From contig CBDBMH010000002.1 of assembly GCA_965207275.1 (NCBI GenBank), positions 985,101 through 1,049,100 on the forward strand: 64,000 bases of DNA, in the 5' to 3' direction. Origin of the DNA: Dehalococcoidia bacterium. GTDB lineage: Bacteria > Chloroflexota > Dehalococcoidia > Lucifugimonadales > UBA3495. Below the pieces are notes generated by a model, which saw only the letters and a list, made by a program, of their open reading frames with translations, had not been told where the DNA came from and did not search any database. Below are positions 36,081 to 46,519 of the stretch, in pieces; position 1 is the stretch's first letter; each line of letters opens with the position of its first letter. A program made the position numbers and the translations under genes.

Positions 36081-36845
36081 TTGGCCCAACGCAACGAAGT
36101 TCACGCATCCCTCTTCGCTACCTGCATCGTTGATCAGCTTTATCCCCAGGTAGGAGTAAGCGCCGTAAGGGTTCTGCGAAGGCTCGGAGTCGCGGTGGAT
36201 TTTCCTGAAGATCAGACTTGTTGCGGACAACCCCTCTACAATTCCGGTTTCACCCAGTTGGCCCGGCAGTTGGCCAGAAGGGTGATCCAGAGCTTTTCGC
36301 TGAGTGACTACGTGGTTGTACCCTCCGGCTCCTGCGCTGCCATGCTGAAGGTCTTCTACGTTGAACTATTCGCGGGAGACCCTGAACTTGAAGAGCGGGC
36401 CGCCCATTTGGCAGGCAAGGTTTACGAGTTTTCCGAATTCCTGGTTAAAGTGCTTGGCGTGACGGACGTAGGCTCCTACTTTCCTGCCAGGGCCACATAC
36501 CATTCCGGCTGCCACTTGCTCCGGGAAATGGAGGTGCGCCAGGAACCCTTGAATCTGTTGGAGCACGTTGAGGGTCTTGATCTGGCCCAGTTGCCCCAAT
36601 CGGATACCTGTTGCGGATTCGGGGGCACCTTTTCCGTCAAGTATCCCCACATATCCCAGGGGATGATGGAAGACAAGGTGAACAGCGTGCTGTCTACCGG
36701 CGCAGAGGTGTTGGTCTCCTGCGATATGAGCTGCCTGATGCACATCGGTGGCGGACTGAGCCGCCAGGGACACAAGGTGGGCGTTCGTCACATCGCCGAA
36801 GTCCTGGAAGGCTTGTCAACTGAAGGAGGCCAAACCCTTGGCTGA
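36081..36845 (+). CDS. lutA: lactate utilisation protein A (CCG-domain Fe-S oxidoreductase)
   Basis: 254-aa ORF with a TTG start. LFATCIVDQLYP..QTCCGQP and SDTCCGFGG are paired CCG motifs. Confidence 0.8.
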   Translation: MAQRNEVHASLFATCIVDQLYPQVGVSAVRVLRRLGVAVDFPEDQTCCGQPLYNSGFTQLARQLARRVIQSFSLSDYVVVPSGSCAAMLKVFYVELFAGDPELEERAAHLAGKVYEFSEFLVKVLGVTDVGSYFPARATYHSGCHLLREMEVRQEPLNLLEHVEGLDLAQLPQSDTCCGFGGTFSVKYPHISQGMMEDKVNSVLSTGAEVLVSCDMSCLMHIGGGLSRQGHKVGVRHIAEVLEGLSTEGGQTLG

Positions 36846-38286
36846 AGTCAAGACCGGTGATTTTGTCTCCGCCTCTGGCGCTGCGATGCAGGACGCCAAT
36901 CTGAGACGCGCCCTGCGTCAGGTGGGTGGCGGCTTCAATGATGCCAGACTTGACGCCATTGAAGAAGTAAGCTGGGAAGTATGGGAAGAGTGGCGGGAAG
37001 AGGCAAGGCGCATCAAGATTCATGCCCTGGATAACCTGGACTATTATCTTGAATTGCTTCACGACCGGGTGACCGAAGCCGGGGGCCAGGTACATTTCGC
37101 CCGAGATTCGGCCCAGGCCAACGCCATTGTGGCGGAAATCGCCCGCTCCCGTGACGTTAAGGTTGCCACCAAGAGCAAATCCATGGTTTCCGAGGAACTG
37201 GACCTGAACCAAACGCTGGAAGCTAATGGAATTGACGTCTACGAGACAGACCTGGGCGAGTACATAATCCAGCTCGCCGGGGAAACTCCTTCGCATCTGG
37301 TAGCCCCGGCTCTGCACAAGACCAAGGAACAGGTTTCCGAACTATTCCACCGGGAACTCGGTGTGCCTTTAACCGATGATATTGAAGAAATGGCCAGAGT
37401 GGCGAGAAGGTTTCTCCGAGAGAAGTTCTTAAGCGCCGACATGGGTGTCAGCGGGGCAAACTTCCTGGTGGCTGAGACGGGAAGTCTGGTAATCATTACC
37501 AACGAGGGCAACGGGCGACTGTGCACATCAGCGCCTCGCGTTCACGTCGGTATCACCGGAATAGAAAAGGTCATCCCCTCCCTACAGGATCTGGCCGTGT
37601 TCCTGCGACTGCTTCCCCGTTCTGCCACCGGCCAGCGGCTCACGAGCTATGTCAGCATGGTTACCGGTCCCCGCCGGAGCGATGATGAGGATGGCCCTGA
37701 AGAGTTCCACCTGGTCCTGGTGGACAATGGTCGCTCCAGGCTGCTGGCGGATCCGGACCTTAGGGAAGCCCTTTATTGCATTCGCTGCGGCGCATGCCTG
37801 AACATTTGTCCCGTATATGGCAAGATTGGCGGGCATGCCTACGGTTGGGTCTACCCAGGGCCCATAGGAGCAATAGTTTCCCCGGCGTTAGTAGGACTGA
37901 AAGAGGCGAAGGACCTTCCCCAGGCCTCAAGTTTGTGCGGAGCCTGCCGTGAAGTGTGTCCCATCAGGATCAACATTCCACGAATGCTGCTTCACCTGCG
38001 CCACCGCCTGGCCGAAGGTTCCAATGACTCGGAAAAATCCGCAACCACCGGAGAAGTGCAGGCAGCGCAGGCCTACTCCTGGCTGATGAGCAATCCAGCC
38101 GCGCTTTCTGCCGCCGCAAAGGTCGGGAGGATGGTGCAAAAGCCCTTCGTTTCGGGCGACAAAGTGAACAAGAGGGTACCCCTACCGCTGGTTTCCAGGT
38201 GGACTGAAGGCCGAGACCTGCCAGCAATGCCCCGCCGAACGTTCCGCGAGGTCTGGGCCCAAGACTTGCAGAACGAAGCAGAATGA
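36838..38286 (+). CDS. lutB: lactate utilisation protein B (4Fe-4S ferredoxin-type)
   Basis: 482-aa ORF with CIRCGACLNICP and CGACREVCP cluster motifs. Overlaps lutA by 8 nt. Confidence 0.85.
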   Translation: MAEVKTGDFVSASGAAMQDANLRRALRQVGGGFNDARLDAIEEVSWEVWEEWREEARRIKIHALDNLDYYLELLHDRVTEAGGQVHFARDSAQANAIVAEIARSRDVKVATKSKSMVSEELDLNQTLEANGIDVYETDLGEYIIQLAGETPSHLVAPALHKTKEQVSELFHRELGVPLTDDIEEMARVARRFLREKFLSADMGVSGANFLVAETGSLVIITNEGNGRLCTSAPRVHVGITGIEKVIPSLQDLAVFLRLLPRSATGQRLTSYVSMVTGPRRSDDEDGPEEFHLVLVDNGRSRLLADPDLREALYCIRCGACLNICPVYGKIGGHAYGWVYPGPIGAIVSPALVGLKEAKDLPQASSLCGACREVCPIRINIPRMLLHLRHRLAEGSNDSEKSATTGEVQAAQAYSWLMSNPAALSAAAKVGRMVQKPFVSGDKVNKRVPLPLVSRWTEGRDLPAMPRRTFREVWAQDLQNEAE

Positions 38287-39065
38287 CGAAAACAGGTCAA
38301 CTTGTGGTGGAAAAACAAAATTTGACAACGCTGGGGGTACCCAAGGACGAGTTTCTGGACCACGTCCGGAAGAGCCTTGGCCGCACCCAGAACGCCGAAA
38401 TGGCTCCCGATCACTATCCTCTGGGGGAAAACCTGGCCGACCTGGAGGCAAGGGCAACGTCCGCCGCGTATCGCATGGAGAAAAGCCGCGGCGAGTTGGC
38501 GGACCGCTTCGAGGCAACGGCAAGAGTTCGCAACTGGAACGTCTTCAGGACCTCCAGCGCGGAAGAGGCCATAGGCTACGTAGTTGATATGGCTGCCAAG
38601 CTGGATGTTTCCAGGGTCGCCCGGTCTGATCAGACCGTATTCGGAGAATTGGGCCTGGATTCGGCCTTGCGGAACTCGGGATTGGAACTGGTCATTGCGT
38701 CTCACCACGAGTCAACCGACCGGCCTGGCGTCAGGGCGCAAATTATTGAATCCGGACTGGGGGTTACCGGCGCCGATTATGCGGTGGCCGAGACCGGCTC
38801 AGTGGTTATCGTGCCCAGGAAGGGGCTCAGCCGGCTGGTTTCCCTGGTGCCGCCGGTACACTTGGCCATAGTAAGGGCAGAGGATATAGTCGAGGGGCTG
38901 GACGAAGTGTTCCTGTTCCGAAGGCAGGCTTACCATCAGATCGGCGGCGACATGGGAAGTTATCTCAACTTTATCACCGGTCCCAGCCGGACGGCCGACA
39001 TCGAAATGAAGCTCGTAGTAGGAGTGCACGGCCCCCGGGAAGTCCACCTGGTGTTGTTGGCTTAG
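38283..39065 (+). CDS. lutC: lactate utilisation protein C (LUD domain)
   Basis: 260-aa ORF overlapping lutB by 4 nt. GVTGADYAVAETGSVV is typical of LutC/YkgG. Confidence 0.8.
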   Translation: MTKTGQLVVEKQNLTTLGVPKDEFLDHVRKSLGRTQNAEMAPDHYPLGENLADLEARATSAAYRMEKSRGELADRFEATARVRNWNVFRTSSAEEAIGYVVDMAAKLDVSRVARSDQTVFGELGLDSALRNSGLELVIASHHESTDRPGVRAQIIESGLGVTGADYAVAETGSVVIVPRKGLSRLVSLVPPVHLAIVRAEDIVEGLDEVFLFRRQAYHQIGGDMGSYLNFITGPSRTADIEMKLVVGVHGPREVHLVLLA

Positions 39066-39099
39066 AACCCATCTATTTTGGCCCGTTTCGGAGGCGCGA

Positions 39100-39444
39100 A
39101 TGTCCGTAAGGATCGGTTTTACCCAGTTCAGAAAGCAGATGCTCGAAAAGGAAATGGAAAACATTATGAGCCTCCTGCCTCAACTGGGTGTGGAGAAGGT
39201 GTATCTGACGGGAGATATGGTTACGGGCGATATTTCGCCTGACAGCCGCATTGACCTTATTGCCGTTCACGACACCGATGGCGCTTTTGGGCGTCGGGCC
39301 GACTTCTTTTCGTACCACCTGAGCAGCATGGTTGCGGTGGACTGTCAGGTATACACGCCAACCGAATTTGAGGAATTACGGTATACGCTGCCTGCGCTGG
39401 TAACGGCAATCAAGCATGGAAGGGTGATTTACAGTGCCGAATAA
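39100..39444 (+). CDS. minimal nucleotidyltransferase (MNT) domain protein, putative antitoxin
   Basis: 114-aa [26 protein letters not shown] aligns to the GS-x9-11-DxD motif but reads GD...RID. A third acidic position is present in VDCQVYT. Confidence 0.7.
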   Translation: MSVRIGFTQFRKQMLEKEMENIMSLLPQLGVEKVYLTGDMVTGDISPDSRIDLIAVHDTDGAFGRRADFFSYHLSSMVAVDCQVYTPTEFEELRYTLPALVTAIKHGRVIYSAE

Positions 39445-39835
39445 TCTGGCCGAAGGGTCGAGGTGGCTCAAACAGGCCGAACAAGACCTGTCGGATGCCC
39501 AATATAACCGGGACGGTGGACGCTATAATCTGGCCTGTTTTCTGTGCCAGCAGGCTGCGGAGAAGGCGGTCAAGGCCTACTTGTACCATCGTGGAGCAGA
39601 GGATGTCTGGGGACATTCCCTGATTGATCTGTGCGAGGACGCCAAGATTTTTGAGATGTTCTTCGACACGGTCAAGAGCGAAGCCAGGCAGTTGGACAAG
39701 TACTATGAAATTACCCGCTACCCCGGCTTTCTGCCCGGCGGCATCTGTTCGGAAGCCTTCGAAGATGCGGACGCGGAACGGGCGCTGTTCCTCGGCACCA
39801 CGGTGGTCGACTTCGTCAAAGAACGCCTCACCTAG
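39434..39835 (+). CDS. HEPN domain protein, putative toxin partner of MNT
   Basis: 133-aa ORF overlapping the MNT gene by 11 nt. [13 protein letters not shown]...[10 protein letters not shown]...GHSL is the HEPN pattern. Confidence 0.75.
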   Translation: MPNNLAEGSRWLKQAEQDLSDAQYNRDGGRYNLACFLCQQAAEKAVKAYLYHRGAEDVWGHSLIDLCEDAKIFEMFFDTVKSEARQLDKYYEITRYPGFLPGGICSEAFEDADAERALFLGTTVVDFVKERLT

Positions 39836-39843
39836 CGAGGCTG

Positions 39844-40989
39844 TCAGAAATTTCTTCCGTACTGCAACAAACGCACTGTCCGGTCGGCTGTATCTTCCAA
39901 CAACTCTTCGGTACGGGCCAGGCTCCGTTCAAAGCTCATGGGCCTGTCTGCGATGCACACTATACTGGCTATGCCGTGCTGGTATAGTTCATGGTAACCG
40001 TCTCCCAGGCTGCCGGCCAGGATAACCGTAGGAACCCCGTGGGGCGCGGCCTTTCTTGCTACTCCTACGGGGGCCTTGTCATAGATCGACGAGAGATCTG
40101 CCCTGCCTTCTCCGGTAAACACCAGGTCGGCGCCCTTGATGTGCTCCTCGAAGTTCAGCACCTCGCATACCAGGTCAATGCCGGACTGCAATTGGCAACT
40201 GGTAAACGCCATGAGGCCCGCCCCCAGGCCACCGGCTGCCCCTGCCCCCGGATGCTCCTCGTTTAGAAAGTCTATTCCCAGGTCCCGGTGGGCTACGCCG
40301 GCAAAGTGGGCCAGCGCTCCATCCAGTTCCGTCACCATTTCCGGTGTTGCGCCCTTCTGTGGCCCGTAGATGGCGGATGCTCCGGTGGGCCCGCACAAGG
40401 GGTTGGTTACGTCCGTTGCGCCGGTTATGGATACTTCAGCAAGACGAGCGTCGAGGCCACTTATGTCAATCCGTTCCAACTTTGCCAGGGAGGAGCCTCC
40501 CTTTGGCAGGACCTGTCCTCTATTGTCCAGAAATTTGGCCCCCAGCGCGGATGCCATGCCCATTCCGGCGTCGTTAGTGGCGCTGCCGCCCAATCCCACC
40601 ACGATTCGGTCAAATCCACGATCCAGGGCATGCTTGATGAGTTCCCCGGTACCGAAGGTCGTCGTTGTTCTGGGGTTGCGGCGTCGGTGTGGCACCATGG
40701 CCAGGCCAGACGCTCTGGCCATTTCAATCACCGCCGTCTGCCCGTCCCCCATGACACCCCAATCGGCCTCTACGGCGTGACCCAACGGCCCGGTAACTAT
40801 GGTGCGGAATAGTTGTCCGCCCGTACTGTTCACCAGCACCTCAAGGGTACCGTCGCCGCCGTCCGCCACGGGCACCAGGAAGGTCTCGCAGTCAGGCAAT
40901 GCTTTCCTGACGCCCCGCTCAATGGCCTGGGCGGCGGTAAGCGCTGAAACGCTGGACTTGAAGCTCTGGGGGGCGATAACTATCCTCAT
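39844..40989 (-). CDS. glxK: glycerate kinase
   Basis: 381-aa ORF with MRIVIAPQSFKSS and VPVADGGDGT. Confidence 0.85.
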   Translation of the reverse strand: MRIVIAPQSFKSSVSALTAAQAIERGVRKALPDCETFLVPVADGGDGTLEVLVNSTGGQLFRTIVTGPLGHAVEADWGVMGDGQTAVIEMARASGLAMVPHRRRNPRTTTTFGTGELIKHALDRGFDRIVVGLGGSATNDAGMGMASALGAKFLDNRGQVLPKGGSSLAKLERIDISGLDARLAEVSITGATDVTNPLCGPTGASAIYGPQKGATPEMVTELDGALAHFAGVAHRDLGIDFLNEEHPGAGAAGGLGAGLMAFTSCQLQSGIDLVCEVLNFEEHIKGADLVFTGEGRADLSSIYDKAPVGVARKAAPHGVPTVILAGSLGDGYHELYQHGIASIVCIADRPMSFERSLARTEELLEDTADRTVRLLQYGRNF

Positions 40990-41087
40990 GGCTGCTCTCC
41001 ACCTGTAATGCGACTATGTCTATTTTAGTCCCTCTCTGCTAAAATCGGTTCAAATTGTGGTCAGGCAGTTAAATGGGAGGTGGCTCA

Positions 41088-42431
41088 TTGCCGTCCAGGG
41101 AAGAACTTAAGGTCCAGGTTTTTGACGCCATCGATGCCCGCGCGGACGAACTTGTAAACCTGGCGCAAACCATTCTAAACAATCCTGAGCCCGGTTTCAG
41201 GGAAGTGAAGACGTCCCAGTTGGTTTCCACTGCCCTGGCGGAGATGGGTATTCCATTTCGCACCGGGCTGGGGCTGACGGGCGTCCGCGCCGACCTGCTG
41301 GGAGGCAGCCCAGGGCCGACCATGGCTCTGCTGGGCGAGTTGGATTCCCTCATAGTTAACGAACATCCCTATGCCGATGCTGCCACCGGCGCCGCCCATG
41401 CCTGTGGCCACCACTGCCAGATTGGCATGCTCCTGGGCGCGGCAGTAGGGCTGAACCAGCCCACGGTTCTTTCTCAGTTGAGCGGCCGCATTTCCTTCAT
41501 TGCAGTGCCGGCTGAAGAGTATATTGAAATTGAGTATAGAGACTCCCTTCGCCGGGACGGCAAGATTGAATTTCTGGGCGGCAAGCCGGAACTAATCAAG
41601 CTGGGCGAATTCGACGACGTGGACCTGGCGATGATGGTCCACACTACCAGCACCGTCGAGGAAGGCAAACTCTGTATCAGCGGCACTAACAACGGCACTG
41701 TGGCCAAGAAGATTCAATTCCTGGGCAGAGGTTCTCACGCCGGAGGGTCGCCCCACTTGGGCATCAACGCCCTCAACGCGGCGACGCTGGCATTGTCTGC
41801 CATACACTATAACCGGGAGACTTTCCGCGATGCCGACACGGTGAGGGTGCATCCCATAATCACCAAGGGCGGTGAGGCAGTTAGCGCGGTGCCCGCCGAA
41901 GTCCGGATGGAGACCTTTGTACGTGGGAAAACCCTTGATGCCATTATGGATGCCAATAAGAAGGTCGATCGCGCCCTGCGGGCCGGCGCCATGGCGGTGG
42001 GAGCAGGGGTGAGGATTCAGACCATCCCCGGCTATATGCCCCTGGCCCAGAACAGCCAGATGAATGAAATTTTCCGACCCATCGCCACCCAGCTGGTGGG
42101 CAGTGAAGGCGTGGGACACGTCGCACACCGCACCGGGTCTACCGACATGGGGGACATCAGCCAGATAATGCCGGCAATTCACCCCTATGTTGGCGGCGCT
42201 ACCGGGCTTGGGCATGGAGCAGATTACGTGGTGCAGGACTACCAGTTGGCGGTAATTACCGCAGCCAAGGCAATGGCCGGCACGGTAGTTGACCTGCTGG
42301 CCGACGGCGCCAGCGCCGGCAACAGGGTGGTGGCGGAGCATCGTCCCGAAATGACCCGATCCGAGTACCTTAAGTTCATGCGGTCTCTGGCCAGCGAAAA
42401 GACCTTCGAGGCGGAAAACAATGTCAACTAG
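41088..42431 (+). CDS. M20-family amidohydrolase, paralog 1
   Basis: ORF 41073-42431. A TTG at 41088 after GGGAGGTGG aligns its N-terminus (PSREELK) with paralog 2 (STREELK). Sequence includes AAHACGHHCQ and GGKPELIKLGEFDDVD. Confidence 0.75.
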   Translation: MPSREELKVQVFDAIDARADELVNLAQTILNNPEPGFREVKTSQLVSTALAEMGIPFRTGLGLTGVRADLLGGSPGPTMALLGELDSLIVNEHPYADAATGAAHACGHHCQIGMLLGAAVGLNQPTVLSQLSGRISFIAVPAEEYIEIEYRDSLRRDGKIEFLGGKPELIKLGEFDDVDLAMMVHTTSTVEEGKLCISGTNNGTVAKKIQFLGRGSHAGGSPHLGINALNAATLALSAIHYNRETFRDADTVRVHPIITKGGEAVSAVPAEVRMETFVRGKTLDAIMDANKKVDRALRAGAMAVGAGVRIQTIPGYMPLAQNSQMNEIFRPIATQLVGSEGVGHVAHRTGSTDMGDISQIMPAIHPYVGGATGLGHGADYVVQDYQLAVITAAKAMAGTVVDLLADGASAGNRVVAEHRPEMTRSEYLKFMRSLASEKTFEAENNVN

Positions 42432-43767
42432 AGAAGAATTGAAAAAGCGGGCTTGTGCTGCCATTGATCGGCATCGGGAGGAACTCATCGGGGTTTCCCA
42501 GCAGATTCTCAAGAACCCCGAGCCAGGCTTCAGCGAATACAAGACCTCCCAGTTAGTAGCCGACAAGTTTGACGAAATGGGCATCGGGTACCGGCGTGGC
42601 CTGGCCATTACGGGAGTAAAAGGCCACGTTTCTGCCGGTGGCGGACCCGGCCCACGGGTCGCGGTTATTGGAGAACTGGACTCGCTAATAGTCAATGAAC
42701 ACCCCCACGCCGACTGTGATACTGGCGCAGCCCACGCCTGTGGGCATCACTGCCAGATCGGGATGATGCTGGGCGCGATTCGCGGCCTGACTCAACCTGA
42801 GGTACTGTCGGAACTTTCCGGTGAGTTGGTTCCCTTTGCAGTGCCGGCCGAAGAATTTATCGAAGTAGCCCGGCGACTGCAGTTGCGGGAGGAAGGCAAG
42901 CTGGAATTCATGGGTGGAAAGCAGGAACTAATCCGCCTGGGGGAATTTGATGACGTCGACATGGCCATGATGTGCCATACCGCCAGCGATATGGGTGAGC
43001 ACAAGTTCGCGGTGGGTGGTACCAGTAACGGTCACGTGGTCAAGTATGTTCAGTTCCTGGGCCGGGGCTCCCATGCCGGCAGCGCCCCCCACATGGGCAT
43101 TAACGCCCTCAACGCCGCGTCCTTTGCGCTCCAGGCCATCCACAGCAACCGGGAGGTGTTCCGGGGCGAAGACACAGTGCGTGTCCACGGGATAATGACC
43201 AAGGGTGGCGAGGCGGTCAATGCCGTACCCGCCGACGTTCGTTTGGAATGGAGGGTGCGTTCCGCCACGCCAAAAGCGGTGGTCAAGAATTCGGCCATTG
43301 TTGATCGCTGTTTTAAGGCCGGAGCGCTGGCTGTTGGAGCGAAGGTGAAAATTACCAACATCCCCGGCTACCTGCCTATGAAACACGACACCCATATTCA
43401 GGACTTGTTCCGGCAGAACTCCGCGTCCCTCGTGGGAGAAACGCGAACGTTGGTAATACCTGGTCGTCGCAACCGGGGTGGCTCCACCGACATGGGCGAC
43501 CTGAGCCACCTGATCCCCGTATGCCACCCTTATGCCGCCGGGGCTGTGGGTTCGGGACACAGCAAGGAGTATCTGATTACGGACTACGAGTCCGCAGTAA
43601 TTAATCCCGCCAAAATCATGGCCATGGTTGTAATTGACCTGCTGTCTGAAGACGCCAAAAGGGCCAGGGAAGTCATGAGTTCACACCGGCCGGCCATGAG
43701 GAAGGATGCTTATCTGCGGTTTCAGCGCCAGCGGGCCGAAGTGATAGAGTTCGACGGCGCCCAGTAG
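42421..43767 (+). CDS. M20-family amidohydrolase, paralog 2
   Basis: 448-aa ORF overlapping paralog 1 by 11 nt and colinear with it (ILKNPEPGFSEYKTSQLV, AAHACGHHCQ). Confidence 0.75.
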   Translation: MSTREELKKRACAAIDRHREELIGVSQQILKNPEPGFSEYKTSQLVADKFDEMGIGYRRGLAITGVKGHVSAGGGPGPRVAVIGELDSLIVNEHPHADCDTGAAHACGHHCQIGMMLGAIRGLTQPEVLSELSGELVPFAVPAEEFIEVARRLQLREEGKLEFMGGKQELIRLGEFDDVDMAMMCHTASDMGEHKFAVGGTSNGHVVKYVQFLGRGSHAGSAPHMGINALNAASFALQAIHSNREVFRGEDTVRVHGIMTKGGEAVNAVPADVRLEWRVRSATPKAVVKNSAIVDRCFKAGALAVGAKVKITNIPGYLPMKHDTHIQDLFRQNSASLVGETRTLVIPGRRNRGGSTDMGDLSHLIPVCHPYAAGAVGSGHSKEYLITDYESAVINPAKIMAMVVIDLLSEDAKRAREVMSSHRPAMRKDAYLRFQRQRAEVIEFDGAQ

Positions 43768-43840
43768 CCCCAAAGAATAGCCTCAATTGTCATCGGTGGT
43801 ATTGGAACAAGGCGAGCCTTCGCTCCCTGGACTGCGCCCA

Positions 43841-44497
43841 CTATAGCAACCCTGGCAGTCCCCACAGGTGGGGAAGGTATTGGGCACAGGCTCCTGATAT
43901 AAGTGGGACAGTCAGGTTGTCGTCCAGGGGAAGGGGCGCAAGTTCGGTCAGACCGGCAACTACAGCGGCGGCTACCAAGACCCATTGAAATTCAAGCACA
44001 CCCGCAGTTGCCAGGGCGGCCACCACCAGGATGGACATCCCTACAAACGCTACCGTCCCCACCGGGGACTTCCCCAAAATCCTTGGCCCTGGAATTGGTC
44101 TACCAATCAGGGCTGCCGCCGGGTCACCAAGAGATAGGAACAGCAACACCGCTATTGCAATCTCCTTGTCGAAGACCAGGAAGGAAATGCATGCTGCAAT
44201 GAGCAGGTAGGTGGCGCCGGTAATGCGAGCTTCCTCTTCCTTCTTGAGCAGCAGGCTCAACCAGTAAAGAAAAATGCGGTTGAGCCAGGGAATTCGGAAG
44301 CGTATGAGGTCCAGCGCCAGGCTCCCCGCCGCTAATATTCCGATCAAGAGAACTGGAAGCGGGTCGGCAAGGAAATAGGCTATCAAGGGAATCGCGGTGC
44401 CAATCGCCGCGTGGAACAACCTTCGGGGCCAGGGTGGTCCTTTACTCACATCCACCTTGAAAAGTGGGACCTTCTTCTCCATACGCGCCGCTCCCAC
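43841..44497 (-). CDS. polytopic membrane protein, CTP-dependent polyprenol/phytol kinase (SEC59/CdsA-like) family
   Basis: 218-aa hydrophobic ORF with ITGATYLL and LSLGDPAAALIG motifs, as recalled for dolichol/phytol kinases. Confidence 0.5.
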   Translation of the reverse strand: MGAARMEKKVPLFKVDVSKGPPWPRRLFHAAIGTAIPLIAYFLADPLPVLLIGILAAGSLALDLIRFRIPWLNRIFLYWLSLLLKKEEEARITGATYLLIAACISFLVFDKEIAIAVLLFLSLGDPAAALIGRPIPGPRILGKSPVGTVAFVGMSILVVAALATAGVLEFQWVLVAAAVVAGLTELAPLPLDDNLTVPLISGACAQYLPHLWGLPGLL

Positions 44498-44536
44498 AAC
44501 AAACAGCGCCCCGTGGGCTCAGTCCTGACGGGGCGC
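44497..44536 (-). terminator. hairpin terminator after the lipoprotein gene
   Basis: GCGCCCCGT (44506-44514) pairs with ACGGGGCGC (44528-44536). On the minus strand the hairpin is followed by TGTTTGTT. Confidence 0.45.
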
Positions 44537-44561
44537 CACAGGGATTGAGGAAGGTAGGAGT

Positions 44562-45179
44562 CTAGAATTCGATCGTCAGACCGTCACCGGCTCTCCAACG
44601 CAACTCTCGAATCTCCGCATCCTTGGGAACTTCAAATATCAGCCAGCCGTCGACTCCAAATCCCTGCTGCAGTTCGAAGGCCCGGGTAGACCCATCTTCA
44701 TAGGTCGTGTTCCACAGGAAGCACAGGTCTGCCGGATGCTGGAAAGGACACCTGGCAACCCTTTGACCGGAGATGTTCTCCGGTGCATCTATCTCTTTGG
44801 GCCGTTCCTTCACATCGATGGGAAAGTACTTTTCGTGGAAGAAGTCGCGCACCTCGGCGGCGGCCTGATCAATGTTCACGATGGCGCTGGTGGCCTTGTG
44901 GTTCTCCACCTTTACCCGCAGCATTAGCAGTTCCTGATCTTCCTCTTCTGGAGCAATCCGGAAGTACTTGGGGGCCTCTCCAGACCGAGGAAGCGTGTAG
45001 ACCAGCTCAGGCTCCCTTTCCATGGTCACCACACTCAAATGAAGGGTGCGGCCGGTGTAGTACTTGCCGAGGGCGGGCGAGACATCCTCGCACCCCACCA
45101 TTGCCAGTAGTGGCAGCGCCAGGGCAGCCAAAAACAGGGGTCTGAACAGTGTAATGATAAGTTTGGAAAACCTCTTCAT
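44562..45179 (-). CDS. hypothetical lipoprotein
   Basis: 205-aa ORF with a signal peptide ending in the lipobox LAMVGC. The remainder looks beta-rich and I do not recognise a family. Confidence 0.6.
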   Translation of the reverse strand: MKRFSKLIITLFRPLFLAALALPLLAMVGCEDVSPALGKYYTGRTLHLSVVTMEREPELVYTLPRSGEAPKYFRIAPEEEDQELLMLRVKVENHKATSAIVNIDQAAAEVRDFFHEKYFPIDVKERPKEIDAPENISGQRVARCPFQHPADLCFLWNTTYEDGSTRAFELQQGFGVDGWLIFEVPKDAEIRELRWRAGDGLTIEF

Positions 45180-45186
45180 AGCCTCT

Positions 45187-46380
45187 CTAGGAACCGGTGG
45201 TTGTCAAGGTAGGAAGTTGCCGGAGGCGCGCTACCAGGTCCTGCAGAACTCCCAGCAAATAATCCACTTCTTCGACTGTATTTTCCTTACCTAATGTAAT
45301 GCGCAAACTGCTGCGGGCCTGTTCCGCGGTTTGTCCCAGCGCCAGCAGCACGTGGGAGGGTTCCAGTGACCCCGAACTGCACGCGCTTCCGCTGGAAGCT
45401 GCTACGCCGGCCATATCCAGCCCAAGAAGTATAGACTCTCCTTCCACGCCGTCGAAAGAGAAATTTATGTTGTTAGGCAGCCGCTCAGTCGGGTGCCCGT
45501 TCAGGCTGGATTTTGGAACGGTTGCCAGGACCTCGCCCACAATTCTGTCCCGCAACGCAACGCAATGCTCACTGGAATCTTCCCTGCCCGAGTGAGCCAT
45601 CTCCAGGGCCGTGGCCAGTCCTACAATTCCGGCGATATTCTCCGTTCCGGACCGCCTTTCCCGTTCCTGGCCGCCCCCCAGCAGAAGAGGCAGAAATGGA
45701 GTGCCCCTTCGCACAAACAGCACCCCGGTACCCTTGGGGCCATAGAACTTGTGCCCCGACAGGCTCATCATGTCTACCCCCAGGCTGCGGACATTCAGGT
45801 CCAGAAAGCCAGCCGCCTGTACCGCGTCGGTGTGCACCACTATTGTCCGGTCCAGTTCCCGGGCCCTGCGCTGCACCGCCTGCGAAACCTCGGATATCGG
45901 GTTAATGGTGCCAATCTCGTTGTTTGCGTACATCAGGGAGACTACCGTAGTTCCGGGGCCCGTCGCATTGTACACCTGCTCCGGACTTACGGCGCCGAAC
46001 CGGTCCACGGGCAAATATGTTACCTCGAAGTCCAGGTTTTCAAGGTATTGGCATGTGTGCAGGACTGCGTGGTGTTCTACGCTGGAAGTAATGATGTGGT
46101 TTCCGGTTTCGCGCAGGGCAGTTGCTGCGCCAATGATGGCCGAGTTGTCCGACTCAGTGCCTCCGCTGGTAAATACCACCTCGCTGGTACGGCAGCCTAG
46201 AACCCTTGCCACTCTCTCACGGGAGTTGTCCAGGGCATGCCGCGCCTCCTGCCCCACCGTGTGGATACTGGAGGGATTCCCGTACAACTGGTTGAAGTAG
46301 GGAAGCATAGCCTCGAGTACCCGAGGGTCGGTTGGCGTGGTACCGGCATGGTCCAGGTAAATCAAGCCCGGCGAAGACAT
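45187..46380 (-). CDS. cysteine desulfurase (NifS/IscS class I)
   Basis: 397-aa ORF with the PLP lysine in [12 protein letters not shown] and the catalytic Cys in SSGSACSSG. Confidence 0.85.
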   Translation of the reverse strand: MSSPGLIYLDHAGTTPTDPRVLEAMLPYFNQLYGNPSSIHTVGQEARHALDNSRERVARVLGCRTSEVVFTSGGTESDNSAIIGAATALRETGNHIITSSVEHHAVLHTCQYLENLDFEVTYLPVDRFGAVSPEQVYNATGPGTTVVSLMYANNEIGTINPISEVSQAVQRRARELDRTIVVHTDAVQAAGFLDLNVRSLGVDMMSLSGHKFYGPKGTGVLFVRRGTPFLPLLLGGGQERERRSGTENIAGIVGLATALEMAHSGREDSSEHCVALRDRIVGEVLATVPKSSLNGHPTERLPNNINFSFDGVEGESILLGLDMAGVAASSGSACSSGSLEPSHVLLALGQTAEQARSSLRITLGKENTVEEVDYLLGVLQDLVARLRQLPTLTTTGS

Positions 46381-46519
46381 AGCAACCTCAAATTTGGCCT
46401 GCCCTACATTTTAGCACAGGGAAATTCGGTTAATAGCTAACGTTAAAGCCCGAATTCGGGGCCCTCCAATAATTCACCCCATTTTCCTTCGCTGCGGCTC
46501 CTGCCATTTCATCTTCGGC

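Noticed and set aside
35824-43767. The idea that selC marks the edge of an integrated genomic island (lutABC, HEPN/MNT, glxK, M20 pair downstream).
   Set aside because: There is no integrase or recombinase. I could find no direct repeat of the tRNA 3' end downstream. There is no obvious compositional shift, and the gene content is ordinary metabolism apart from the TA pair.
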